A stretch of DNA of 58,913 bases, filler included, from Asterionella formosa (Eukaryota), in NCBI GenBank assembly GCA_002256025.1. It is 5 parts of 5 records of this genome, joined end to end, with 100 filler letters (N's around TTAATTAATTAA, not from the genome) between each part and the next. Parts side by side here need not be neighbours in the genome. Positions count along the whole stretch, not along the records: positions 35,436 to 47,126 come from NKIB01008242.1; 4 more parts are not named here. One strand, given 5' to 3'. Position 1 is the stretch's first letter; each line of letters opens with the position of its first letter. The notes below the pieces were generated by a model. That model did no database searches. It saw only the letters and a list, made by a program, of their open reading frames with translations, and was not told the origin of the DNA. A program made the translations under genes and the position numbers. Positions 35,436-45,869 of the stretch are shown in pieces.

Positions 35436-36343
35436 ACCAGCATCAGCAATGGCACGAAGATGTTTGATGCGGATCCATAAATGCTCAATAGGTTCCTCTG
35501 GTGTCCAAGCATCGGCCAAGCGCATGCGATTGAGTTCCAAATCATCCGCACTCAATGTTGCATATGTAGATTCTAAGTGAGCAAGTAAGGTCAGAACAGT
35601 GATGTCTGCATATCCAAATGTAGCATCTTCCAGAACGTTGTAGTAGGTTGGGTCAATGGCTGTTAGAATTTGTTGTCGGAGAATTTCACGGATTTGGGAG
35701 TAACGACGGAATGCGTCAAGGGAGGTGTCAAAGAGACGGTTGGCAGCAGTGATTTGGGACTGTGTTGCAGTAGCACTGTGTGGCGGCTGGATGCCGGGAT
35801 TTTCGGGCGGTACAAAGGGTTCACCGGCACATAAAAGATAAGGAGCAGCAGCCATGACAATACCAAGGAAACCATTGGCACCACCACCACTGGTACAGTG
35901 GACAGAGCGAGCGTTGGCAAAGAGTTCCTTGCGAAGGCGGGTTACAGTGAAGGCTGTAGGTTTGCCCTCGATCGGCTTCAAGAGCGGATGAGGGAATGGG
36001 AAAACAGCGGAAACGATTGGAGTCGTCATGGTGGAAGAAGGCCTGAGAGACAGGGACAGCGAACGGGCAAGCGGTGCTGGACGGTTGATTGTTGAGACCA
36101 GTGCTGGTTTGCACTGTCGACAAGAGCCGCAACTTCGCAGGTGCGGACAAGAGAGAAAGAACAGATATTGTAGTTCTGTTGAGGGGAACCTTATCGTGAA
36201 TAAAGGTGAACTACAATATTATGACTATTCTATTGCTGTTTCGAGTACATCGTTGTTAGCACTCATGCATGTGCCTAATCTGGTGGCTGCGCCGGTATGG
36301 TTCGTACGGCGCATGTATGGAGCATCATATGCAGTTATTAACA
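35436..36343 (-). mobile_element. 5' end of a CoDi-like Ty1/copia retrotransposon: putative 167-bp LTR (36177-36343) plus gag start (36029 to gap)
   Basis: Uninterrupted gag-like ORF LKPIEGKPT...ELFANARSVHCTSGGGANGFLGIVM...ILTAIDPTYY...LAHLESTYA typical of diatom copia gag; upstream segment bounded by TGTTAA...TCAACA on the minus strand. Confidence 0.75.
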
Positions 36344-36397
36344 ATATCAACTGCCGGTATGAACATGTAACCTGGCACGGACTGCGTCACCAGAATC

Positions 36398-36598
36398 CTG
36401 GTACCAGGTACCAGGTACTAGCGCTGTTACATGTGTACCGGTACCTGGTTCTTGGTTCTACCGGTACGGTACCTTGCTCCCTTTTCTGCTAGTTGCAGAT
36501 ATATACCAGTACTGGTGCTTGTAACCAGATACTGTACAGTACCTGGTACCAGGGTGGTACCACCGTACAGTACTTGGATTATCTGTAAGTACCTGGTC
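36398..36598. repeat. GGTACC/CCWGG palindromic motif cluster
   Basis: More than ten ggtacc/ctggtac/gtaccag/accggt units in 200 bp; a further cluster at 37071-37116 precedes ATG 37302. Confidence 0.8.
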
Positions 36599-37301
36599 CT
36601 CAATTTCCCGGGCCACGAGTGAACTTCTTATCCGCCTACCGGTAGTAAGGTCCTGTGCTAGACTTAGGCAAACATTTAAACGATGCTGAATACATCTCCT
36701 GTATTATATATAGTCATTGGATGTAGGCCATGCCGCTAGCGTAACACATACATTTTATTTTGCACAAAAGGGTATTCGGTTTGCCGGGTCCGGTTTAAAT
36801 CTCGATATCCTGCCTGCCGACCATTGGGACTAACTGTATCTACGTTTTACAAAAATATTTTGAATCATTTGTATTAATGTTCAAAAGTTTGAGGGGTGAT
36901 GGTCACATGATTTCATTCACGACTCTACGCCAACGATGTCGAGCACCTACAGGCAGTGGTATTTCATAAATATACGCATATGAATATGTATAATTCATAT
37001 GATGAGCGAGACTTACTATGTAGTATGAATGTGAATTGCCGTGTGCATATATCTGTGCATATGTGCATGATACCAGGTACCTGGTACCTGGCACCCAAGT
37101 ACCTGGTACCAGGTACAGTGTCAAGTACAGTTCATACTAATAATTCAACAATCGAATACCGGTAATAGTACAAGTTTCAGTACATACCAGGAACTGGCAC
37201 ACAGTATATCATACCTCACTGCAAGTGCAATATCAAGTAAAAAGTATTGTGCATAATAGTTTCACACGAACGATCTTGGTATTCTCAATCGCAGCAAGAC
37301 G

Positions 37302-39014
37302 ATGATCTCAAGCATCGACGGGAATAACACAACGTCGGAATGGGCAAGCATCTCACAGCAATCGACATCGAGTACTGTCATATATCAAGGAGAACTGGAG
37401 CAGCAAAGCGACGCTAGCGAATCTGCAAATGACAAGCTCTGTGAGGACCCGATTCCGTGGTCCAGCAGTCCCCATCAGAGCTATCTTGATTACACGATGG
37501 ACCCCAAGAACAAAGCCAATGATTTCAGGAGCGTCGTAGGCTCGCAGGATGACGAAACAGACATATCGGCGTTGATTATGGCGTCGACCATTACTTCCAA
37601 TTTCAATCGCACTGTAACCAACGTCCCTGATGGAAGCGCCACTAATAACGATGGGCTTATTTTGGGGGACGGACGCATCGAGTACCAACCTCCAAAAGCT
37701 CCGCCAAGCGCAGCGATTTTCGTTAGCAGCTACGATCCTCCAATCCAGCCATCGATGGGTGCAAAAGATGTGCCTTCCGTGATTTACGTCAGTCCTGAGG
37801 ATCGTCCTCCAACACTTTTCCGCCTGTTTGGATTCGGCTCTGGTGATACCACAAGCATTGGGCAGCAAAGCTTCCTGCACTTTCCTAATAGCAACCGCCG
37901 ATTGCTCGTTGCGTTCTTTGTGCTTCTTTTCTTCACCGTGGTCTTGTCGATAACATTCATCGTACTATCAGTGGGAAAGGACAGTAACTCGAGCGTAAAC
38001 TCATCGGCTACTGGCGATAATTCGTTGATATCAACACCTCCTTCGGGAAATTCTCCGTCGCCAACTGCGTTTCCTACTGCCCCAAGTCCAGGAGAAATGT
38101 CGCCAGGACCGGACAACGCGACAACGTCTAGACCCACACGCGCTCCACATATCGTCAGCTCCACTCCCTCTCCAATCACTAACCAGACATCAGCTCCGGT
38201 ACAACAAATGACTGACGGGCCGACGTCTCAGCCATCAAATATCCCCTCTACTATAGCCCCAACCCCTGTCGTCTCGTCTGATCCAACGATTCCTTCAACA
38301 CTGGATCCAACAATTGCGCCTACCGATGCACCAAGTTTAGGTTCAACAAGCTCGCCCACTGGAGAACCGACACCTTTTCCAAGTACTTCCGATCCAACTC
38401 AAAGCCCTTCTTCTACTCCAGGCACTCCGAGTCCAACGCTAACGTCGACATCCCCACCTACACCGGACCCTACACATCATCCCACACCTAAGCCTACTCT
38501 CGCACCAGTGATCCCAGAAACACGTGGCCCTACTGAATATCCGACATCTCAACCATCCCAATCTTCAACCGGCTCACCCACTCCTTCTGCGCTTGCTCCT
38601 GTCCCAACAACTGGTGGTGTTGTAGCATCGATTCAAGTCGACAAGGCAACTTATATTCAGGGCGAAAACATTGTCATCACTTTTAAAAACGATCCCCCAA
38701 CTAGCTCTGATTGGATAGCAATGCAAAAGCTTGATTCAACAAGTTCATCAACAAGCACATGGACAGCTGTGTTGTGGGTATTGGCTTGCGGAACTCAAAC
38801 TTGTACGCAACCAACTTCTTCAGGAACGGTTGTCTTTGGCCCAAGTGACCCATATGAGGGAGACTTTGCAGCTCTTACGCCTGGTAATTATGTAATGCAT
38901 TTATTGAGGGGAACAGGTTCATATCCTTCCTATGCTGCAAGCGATCCTTTCATCATTGTTGCTGGTGCTCCAGTCACGGCTCCAGTAGCTGCCCCTGCTG
39001 TTGCTCCCATTTAA
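37302..39014 (+). CDS. Type II single-pass membrane protein with a Pro/Thr/Ser mucin-like stalk and C-terminal beta-sandwich domain
   Basis: TM RRLLVAFFVLLFFTVVLSITFIVLSV; long PT/PS repeats; terminal domain VDKATYIQGENIVITFKN...DWIAM...LTPGNYVMHLL. Confidence 0.8.
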   Translation: MISSIDGNNTTSEWASISQQSTSSTVIYQGELEQQSDASESANDKLCEDPIPWSSSPHQSYLDYTMDPKNKANDFRSVVGSQDDETDISALIMASTITSNFNRTVTNVPDGSATNNDGLILGDGRIEYQPPKAPPSAAIFVSSYDPPIQPSMGAKDVPSVIYVSPEDRPPTLFRLFGFGSGDTTSIGQQSFLHFPNSNRRLLVAFFVLLFFTVVLSITFIVLSVGKDSNSSVNSSATGDNSLISTPPSGNSPSPTAFPTAPSPGEMSPGPDNATTSRPTRAPHIVSSTPSPITNQTSAPVQQMTDGPTSQPSNIPSTIAPTPVVSSDPTIPSTLDPTIAPTDAPSLGSTSSPTGEPTPFPSTSDPTQSPSSTPGTPSPTLTSTSPPTPDPTHHPTPKPTLAPVIPETRGPTEYPTSQPSQSSTGSPTPSALAPVPTTGGVVASIQVDKATYIQGENIVITFKNDPPTSSDWIAMQKLDSTSSSTSTWTAVLWVLACGTQTCTQPTSSGTVVFGPSDPYEGDFAALTPGNYVMHLLRGTGSYPSYAASDPFIIVAGAPVTAPVAAPAVAPI

Positions 39015-39296
39015 ATGTCAATTAGTGGCCAATAACATCTATCTGCTGTCGGAATATGCTCGTGCAGCCTCATTTAGGCTTGAATTGGTTCCCCATACTG
39101 TTCAGCCTGCAGTCCTAAAATTACTGTTATGCCTTTAGCATATTATTGCTCGAAACAGAAATGGCAATGGAAATATTTGAGCAAAAATCCTCAACGTAAT
39201 TTTAGTCGCTTTATTTCCGTAGATCCTTCATCTCTATTCGATATTTAAAGATGGGTACTTTAAGTCTGCATTTTACCGCTATAGTTTTCATTTTAC

Positions 39297-42200
39297 CTAT
39301 TGTATACGATTTTCGGATTCCTCACCCAGTGCTAATGTGTCATGGAACTCATCGCATTCAGTATCCATTGCACATTCACCTTCATCACCTGCTTTGCCAT
39401 TTTTATCAGCCAGCATTTCACCTTCTTCAACAGTCTCCATGACTTTTTCTGTAGCAGCCTCTACTCCTTTCTCGTCCGTGTTGAGTGTATCCCCTTGATC
39501 AGATTCCTCATTCGTGACATTTTCCAGAGTTTCATCACCTTTTCGGAAATCATCATTGGCTGCTACATTGTTAACAATCTCCTCAACAACCTCATCAGCT
39601 TCGGGTGCATTTGAAGTGATATCTTGTTTAGTTTCCTCAATAGTCTGTTCTGATACATCTGGAGATGAAACCTCCCCGCCAGAGAGAACAAGTTCGGCTT
39701 CAGCATCCGTCAAACCTAGTCCCTCGAGTTCCAATTGAATCTGTTTGAACAATTCGTCAAGTTCTGAAGCTTCATCGTAATCCTCTCGAGCCACAGCAGC
39801 TTCCAGAGCCTCCTCAGCATCCTTGATCTTTTGGTTTATTTCCCTTCCCTTGGCAACAAGTTCAGGGTCCACGGCATCACTGGGTCTGGGAGATGGTTCA
39901 TCATTTTGAGGTGAATGCGAGGATGGTTGGTTATTTTGTGGGGACTCCGGATGGTGGTCAGATTCGTCAATGGTGGCCATGATTTCATCCCAACCACCAA
40001 ATTTGGAGCCAAAATGTTGACCTTCGATTTTCAATGCGTGAATTTGTGCCATCAAAACGAAGGATCCCATTCCCTTGATACTATTCCCTTCATCATTCCC
40101 ACATACCTTCTTCTTGGTATCAACCAATTTTCGAATCTTGTTGGCAATCTTCTCCATTATCTCCTTGCCGGATTCTTTTTCCTTTTCATCAGCAATGGCC
40201 TTCACAGCCACAAGCTCCTTTGTCAACTGTTCTAACTTGATCTGTGCCGCTTTCATTCGATCCTGTGCTTCACCATTAAGTTCTTTTTGGCACGCTTCCA
40301 GTCTCAACGTAGCTTCTTTGATTTCTTTCGATGCTTGCCCTGCAGTCTTAAAATCACGAGTTGTAGCAGCATCCTTCTTAACTGCTTCAAGCTGGGGCAA
40401 TCGTGATTGCAAAGTCTCTAATTCATAATTGAGGCTGATCAAAGCAGCATCGGCAACTTTGACAAATTGCTTTGCTTCTGCAACGGCAGCTTCACACTTG
40501 ACAACTTCTGCCTGAAGGCCAGCCATTTCACCATCGGCTTCCTTCGCCTCATTTCGATTGTTGTCAAAGCCAATCTCATTTGAGACAATTTCGCGGAAAG
40601 TTCCAGCAAGAGTGAATTCCCTTTTAAGTAGATCCATCATGTTCGTGTGAATCAACAGATTTTCGGAATGAGACTTTACTTCGGCCTCATGGGCATCTCG
40701 TAGCCTTTCGTATGACGCCTTATCAGTGAGCCACTCCCTGCGGTTCTGCTCGGCCGCAGTTTCCTTTTTCTGGACGCGCTGGAGTTGCCGAGTAAACTGG
40801 ACACGAACCTTGCTGATTCCCTGTTCCTGATAACCAACTTCGTTTTGCAGTCGAACCACTTCAGATTCTTTCTCGGCAAGTTGCTTGCGTAGGAAGATAA
40901 TTTCTTGTTGGACATACTCCAACTTTTTAATGGCTTCACCCTTGGAATCTTCCATGGCAGCCGTCTGCTCCAGAATGGCAGAATCCAACTCCTTTCGTTC
41001 CTCGTTTGCGAGCTCTTCATCTCGTTCAATTTGCTTCAATTCTTGTTTGATCCTCTCATCTTCTCCTGACAAATGTGCGGCTGTGGCTTGAAATCGCTTC
41101 TGGGCTTCTGCCCCGACTTCCTTATCGGCCGAAGATAGTTTCGTGAAAAAGTTCCGCAACTGTTGTTCAACACCTTCAAAACACGCCGATACAGCACCCA
41201 CTACATTCGGAGTCTGACTGTCCAACTGAGCTAGGGCACGACCAATATTTTCCAAAATGGCAGTCAATTCTCCCTTGTCTCGATGATGTTTATCAATAAT
41301 GATCTGCAAGCGTTCGGCCGAATCAAAGTCGTCGGATTCGGCAGCCAGCAATTGCTGTGCTTCGGCTTGCTTGATTTGTTGAATGGCCAACCGTTCCTTG
41401 GCGAGAGCTACATATCGTTCGTCCAAAAGCATGTTGCGTTGCTGGCGCAATCTCCCGACGCCATCCATAGCCTTTTTGACCTGGCTACTAAAGTTCTTGA
41501 ATAATTGGTCTAGTTCTTCTGTTGGTGTCATCGGTTGTTCGAATTTAAAAACTGCGATTGGTGGTTGAATGGAGCGTGTCATAACTGGGACGAAGCCCCT
41601 AGATTCTTCTTGTTCTTGCATGACTGCATGACGCTGTGCCATGGCACGTTTGATTTCTTCTTGCTCCTTTAAAATACGTTCAATGGATGACTCGCCATCA
41701 CTTGCTAACTTGTTGATGGCAAGTTCAGAACTGCCCGCAGCTGCAACAACACCACCCCCTAATTCTTTGGCCATGTCATCCACCCTGTCATCCAATTCTG
41801 TGTCTGAAGGGGATTGTTTTCCGTGCGAGGATCCAGATCCCCATGTGCGTCCTCCACCGAACCATTTAAATGCCGACGTCTTTTCCTTTTCCTTGGTCAA
41901 CCGTGCATGTGCTGCTTCCGCCGCCTTTTTGGCCGTCTCCAACTCCACATCCACTGGAGGCGCAAATGAGGATCCAGGAGAATTCATGCCACCAGCTACA
42001 GTAGATTGCTGTTGCATGGATGCCATGAATTGCTCCGCTCTCTGTGCCGCTTCTTCCGCTTCCAACTTTGCGGATGATTTGGCAAGGTCTGCTGTATTGT
42101 GACTATGATTTGGTGCTGGTGGTGGTGATTCTGGTTCCTCAGCCGCGTGGTAGTGTTTGCGCATGTGTACAACAGGGGATGTTTCCGGCGGTGGCACGGG

Positions 42201-42731
42201 AGTCATATCCGTGTGTATTGCTGGCAGGTCACCGGCACGGGCTCCTCCCACCTTGACACCACGGGTCCTTCGCTTGATGACCTTGGTAGCTGCCGCCCCT
42301 CCAAATGTGACGCCAGCTCCGACGGCAGGAGCATTGTACGACGGAGTTGTCGAAGGCGGTTCGGGTTGAGGTACGAATGAGAATACAGAAGGTGCGTTTG
42401 CAGAAGAATCATGTATAGGTGGCGGTTCCGGCACCTGCAAGGCTGGCGCAAGGTCATGAACAGTTGAGGCCGCCATGAAGTCGAAGCTCGAGGCCCCTTT
42501 TTCGGTGGAAGCAGCGCCCATGCTACCCATGAATGAGAATGCAGAGCTTACTGCCGGCTCAGGTTCAGGCTTGGTTTCTGGTGCAGCAGAGGTACTCAAA
42601 AAGGAAAATGCAGACGGAGGAGCTTCCGTCGAGCCCATCATGAAACTAAAGGCCGACGACGCAGTGGAAGCCGCAGGAGGAGTCGCCTCTTTCTCCCCTT
42701 CTTTGCTCTTCACTTCCAATCCTCCGAACAT
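39297..42731 (-). CDS. Large coiled-coil protein with UVR-like helical hairpins and N-terminal SAFSF repeats (1144 aa)
   Basis: Long ORF; SAFSF/SSFDF/SVFSF repeats; UVR-like AAESDDFDSAERL, AATTRDFKTAGQASKEI and AAVAREDYDEASELDE; acidic tail. Confidence 0.8.
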   Translation of the reverse strand: MFGGLEVKSKEGEKEATPPAASTASSAFSFMMGSTEAPPSAFSFLSTSAAPETKPEPEPAVSSAFSFMGSMGAASTEKGASSFDFMAASTVHDLAPALQVPEPPPIHDSSANAPSVFSFVPQPEPPSTTPSYNAPAVGAGVTFGGAAATKVIKRRTRGVKVGGARAGDLPAIHTDMTPVPPPETSPVVHMRKHYHAAEEPESPPPAPNHSHNTADLAKSSAKLEAEEAAQRAEQFMASMQQQSTVAGGMNSPGSSFAPPVDVELETAKKAAEAAHARLTKEKEKTSAFKWFGGGRTWGSGSSHGKQSPSDTELDDRVDDMAKELGGGVVAAAGSSELAINKLASDGESSIERILKEQEEIKRAMAQRHAVMQEQEESRGFVPVMTRSIQPPIAVFKFEQPMTPTEELDQLFKNFSSQVKKAMDGVGRLRQQRNMLLDERYVALAKERLAIQQIKQAEAQQLLAAESDDFDSAERLQIIIDKHHRDKGELTAILENIGRALAQLDSQTPNVVGAVSACFEGVEQQLRNFFTKLSSADKEVGAEAQKRFQATAAHLSGEDERIKQELKQIERDEELANEERKELDSAILEQTAAMEDSKGEAIKKLEYVQQEIIFLRKQLAEKESEVVRLQNEVGYQEQGISKVRVQFTRQLQRVQKKETAAEQNRREWLTDKASYERLRDAHEAEVKSHSENLLIHTNMMDLLKREFTLAGTFREIVSNEIGFDNNRNEAKEADGEMAGLQAEVVKCEAAVAEAKQFVKVADAALISLNYELETLQSRLPQLEAVKKDAATTRDFKTAGQASKEIKEATLRLEACQKELNGEAQDRMKAAQIKLEQLTKELVAVKAIADEKEKESGKEIMEKIANKIRKLVDTKKKVCGNDEGNSIKGMGSFVLMAQIHALKIEGQHFGSKFGGWDEIMATIDESDHHPESPQNNQPSSHSPQNDEPSPRPSDAVDPELVAKGREINQKIKDAEEALEAAVAREDYDEASELDELFKQIQLELEGLGLTDAEAELVLSGGEVSSPDVSEQTIEETKQDITSNAPEADEVVEEIVNNVAANDDFRKGDETLENVTNEESDQGDTLNTDEKGVEAATEKVMETVEEGEMLADKNGKAGDEGECAMDTECDEFHDTLALGEESENRIQ

Positions 42732-43046
42732 AATGATGCTATTTTATCAACAGTTGAAATTCGCCAGAAGTAGTAAACTATGAACAGAAATTGGTGATCA
42801 ATTCAGCAAACAAAATTTCCAATGAACTCAATCAAATAAAATGATCATATGCTTATTTTGCTCTGCCGCTTCGATGATTTTACGCAATCTTATGATGATG
42901 CACGTTAAGGGCGGTATACCTTGGTATATTCTTTTATGTACACATCACATCTATGTAGGGGCCTACTGGACTACAAATATAATACATGACATATAGGTAT
43001 ATGTCATGGAGTCACGAGACACGATGGAGACAATCCTACAGAGCTG

Positions 43047-43313
43047 CCGGTACCAGGTACCTGGTCTGGGACAACCGGATTTACTACGTTATGTTCTGAC
43101 AGTTATTGTATCATTCTTGTATGTAGTAAGTACCAGGTGCCTGGTATATCCACAGGGAATCTTGAGTAAACCTGTAGGGTAAACTACCGATATACCACAT
43201 GATCATTAGCTGGTACCTGGTACCTGGTACTGGAGGTACTGGTACCATCAAATCGCCGACCGTTGGTATGAAATTTTGGTTTGGCTTGGGTTGCAGTACC
43301 CTCTACCAGGTAC
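43047..43313. repeat. GGTACC/CCWGG palindromic motif cluster upstream of the coiled-coil gene
   Basis: ccggtaccaggtacctggt, gtaccaggtgcctggta, ctggtacctggtacctggtac, taccaggtac. Confidence 0.8.
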
Positions 43314-43752
43314 GGCAGATCGTGAAACAAATATTTGCTGGTATGTCCATACTTGGAACGTGTAGTAAATAGAAGCCTTGTACTTATTAGAAGATGTAAA
43401 TTATTTGGGCTCCTTCATCTTTTATTCTCTATAGTAAATATTATTCGATCACATTAATTAATAGTATGTAGAAACAACGAGACACCCCCTTGCGTAACGG
43501 CACTTGGACTGTCATCATCGTTATTTTCGTCAAGACGCTTACGGAACTTGTTTCTAAAATTTTATGGTACTTTTTTGCGAATTTATTCGGATCAAACCAA
43601 ATCATAACTTATTTGTTCGAAAACAAATTTCACTTATCGAATAATTTTTTTGATCAAACCAATAATAACGTGTGATGCACGTTCGAAAACAATATTTTTG
43701 ACTAACTCACGTTTGGAGCACTTGACATGTACTAATATAATTCTTCTCCGAT

Positions 43753-43920
43753 ATTTCGGGTGCAGGAACGTATATTAGGAGTAAATACTTAGAGGAGAGC
43801 GGTTGTTGTTGATCTTTTCTCTTATCTATGGCTGGATGATTTCGGGTGCAGGAACGTGTATTAGGAGAAAATACTTCGAGGAGAGCGGTTGTTGTCGATC
43901 TTTTCTCTTATCTATGGCTG
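43753..43920. repeat. Tandem duplication, 86-bp period, two copies
   Basis: atttcgggtgcaggaacgt...cttatctatggctg begins at 43753 and again at 43839. Confidence 0.9.
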
Positions 43921-44399
43921 CATGCATCATGAAAATACATGGGGTAGCCATCGTAGCTGCCGGTACAAAATAATTCTGTCTACCAGTACTACATAATTTT
44001 AGCTGAAGTAAAATGTTCTATATATGAATAACATCCACATGTGTAAAGTTTATCTACGCATGCCGCGATCTTGTTCTTGTCCTCGTTGCATTCATTCATG
44101 ACAAACACGAAATCGAAGTCCATTGCGCAGCAATGGCTGCGAAATTGTTGTTGTATCTTCATTGCAACTACTATATGATCTTATTTGAGACATTCCTGTA
44201 CAGTTTCAACTCCAGCTTGCCCACTATCAAGCTCAAGGGTGTCACTCCATTGGTCATGTAGGTGTGGATCTCCATGCCCAACACAAAATAGTTTATATGT
44301 TAAGTAAATTGTGTCATCCTGTGCCACTTCTGGTGTTTAAAAGTAGCGCTACTTATGGCGGAAAGAAAGCTATTTGGAGTGGCATGGGAGGATGTTATA

Positions 44400-45800
44400 T
44401 TGTTGAGTAAAGCAACAAAATAATAACAACATGGTGGATGTGATTTTAACATGCCAATCCAGGCACAATATTATATTCCATAGGTTTAGGGTTTATGCTA
44501 ATACAAGGCCTACAGGGTCTATCCGGTGGCCCAAAAAATTGCATCCAGCCATTTGTAGTAAACTGATTAATAAATTAATAAGTTGGCATGGGTTGACCGG
44601 TATTTTGATGTTCATTTTGATACGACCCCCATTGCACGTGATAGACGAATCAATTATTAGACCAGCCACCCAGCCTGACACAGTGATTTACATTGATTTT
44701 GACTGAACATATCTTGTCAACACTTTATGCTGCAAGGTTACAACGCCAATGGTCTCAGCTCATTTGCAGGTAAGCCCTGCCTTTTCACTCAGCTTTTCAT
44801 AAACATGAAGAAATCTTTCATAATTACATGGTAAACCTGTGAACTGTCTTGCGCAACAATAATGTTCATGGGGAAGCAAAATCTCTGGTAGGAGTATTTC
44901 TATTGCAGAAAGAGCGGTTCATTTGTTTGCGGATCTCATGCTCGTGCATCCAGCACCAGATTGCCTCCTACAAGAAGTGGCTCAAATACTTTGTCGATGC
45001 AGCGCCATATAATTTAAATAAGACTATCAATTTCGCGCTGTTATTTCCTGGCAGGCAATGTTCGATCCATCCAAATTTTACCATGAGGTAACAGAAGACA
45101 GGCAGAGCAAGCAACTCAAACGAGGATTGGTAAGTGGGTCCATAAGGAATCATCTCGTGTGTCCATGGAATTATTTATTATTCATTGCATGCTAATTAAG
45201 TGTGCTTGCCTTTTGCTTCAATTAAATTGGATCCAGGCATGCAACTACATCTCAGGTTTGAACGTGTCTCCTCCAGGAAGCGCAATTTTTCGGTTGCAGT
45301 GTTGTTCGTCGTCATGTTGCTCAATTGTGGATACTGGTCCTTGCTTTTTCTTTTGGCTGCTGAGTAAAATGGGTGGCGACTGCGTGTTCGTTTTCAATTC
45401 ACCTTTTGATTGGTTTGATTTGTTTTTGATGCAGTTATCGGAGGAAGAACATGCATTTTACTAAACAACAAGCCAGGATGAGTAGCTGCTACATTTTCGG
45501 ATGAGCGAGAAATTGAGATTTTTTGGGTGTTGCATCCCCACCATCAGCATCCAAATTGCGTGCTCGGCAATGAAATCTCCTTCCACATCAATCATCTGGA
45601 TTGACGCTATTTGGTTTTGAAGCTAAATTATAGCCTAAAATTATCACATTTAGCACAAGGGAAGATGCCATGGTGCTTCGCAAAGGCTTGTCGTGTAGTC
45701 GAGCAGTAGAATTTACCCAATTCTTCACTGAAATGCTCGCCGTTTGCATCTGCCATGGTGAATTATTGTCATTGCTTCATCTTTCCATCAAGATGCATGT
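44400..45800 (-). pseudogene. Heavily decayed ORF relic, possibly a transposase
   Basis: Minus-strand protein-like fragments LDARA*DPQTNEPLFLQ*KYSYQRFCFPMNIIVAQDSSQVYHVIMKDFFMF with many stops; family not assigned. Confidence 0.3.
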
Positions 45801-45869
45801 TAATTTTTACCATTTCTATTGAATATAAAAATAGTTGGCAAAAAATCTTAAAGTACGCTTTATTGAAAC

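Noticed and set aside
43344..43492. Possible 141-bp LTR (TGTC...GACA) with an adjacent minus-strand AAGGGGG tract
   Set aside because: No second copy, TSD or linked pol sequence in the window; short terminal matches can arise by chance.
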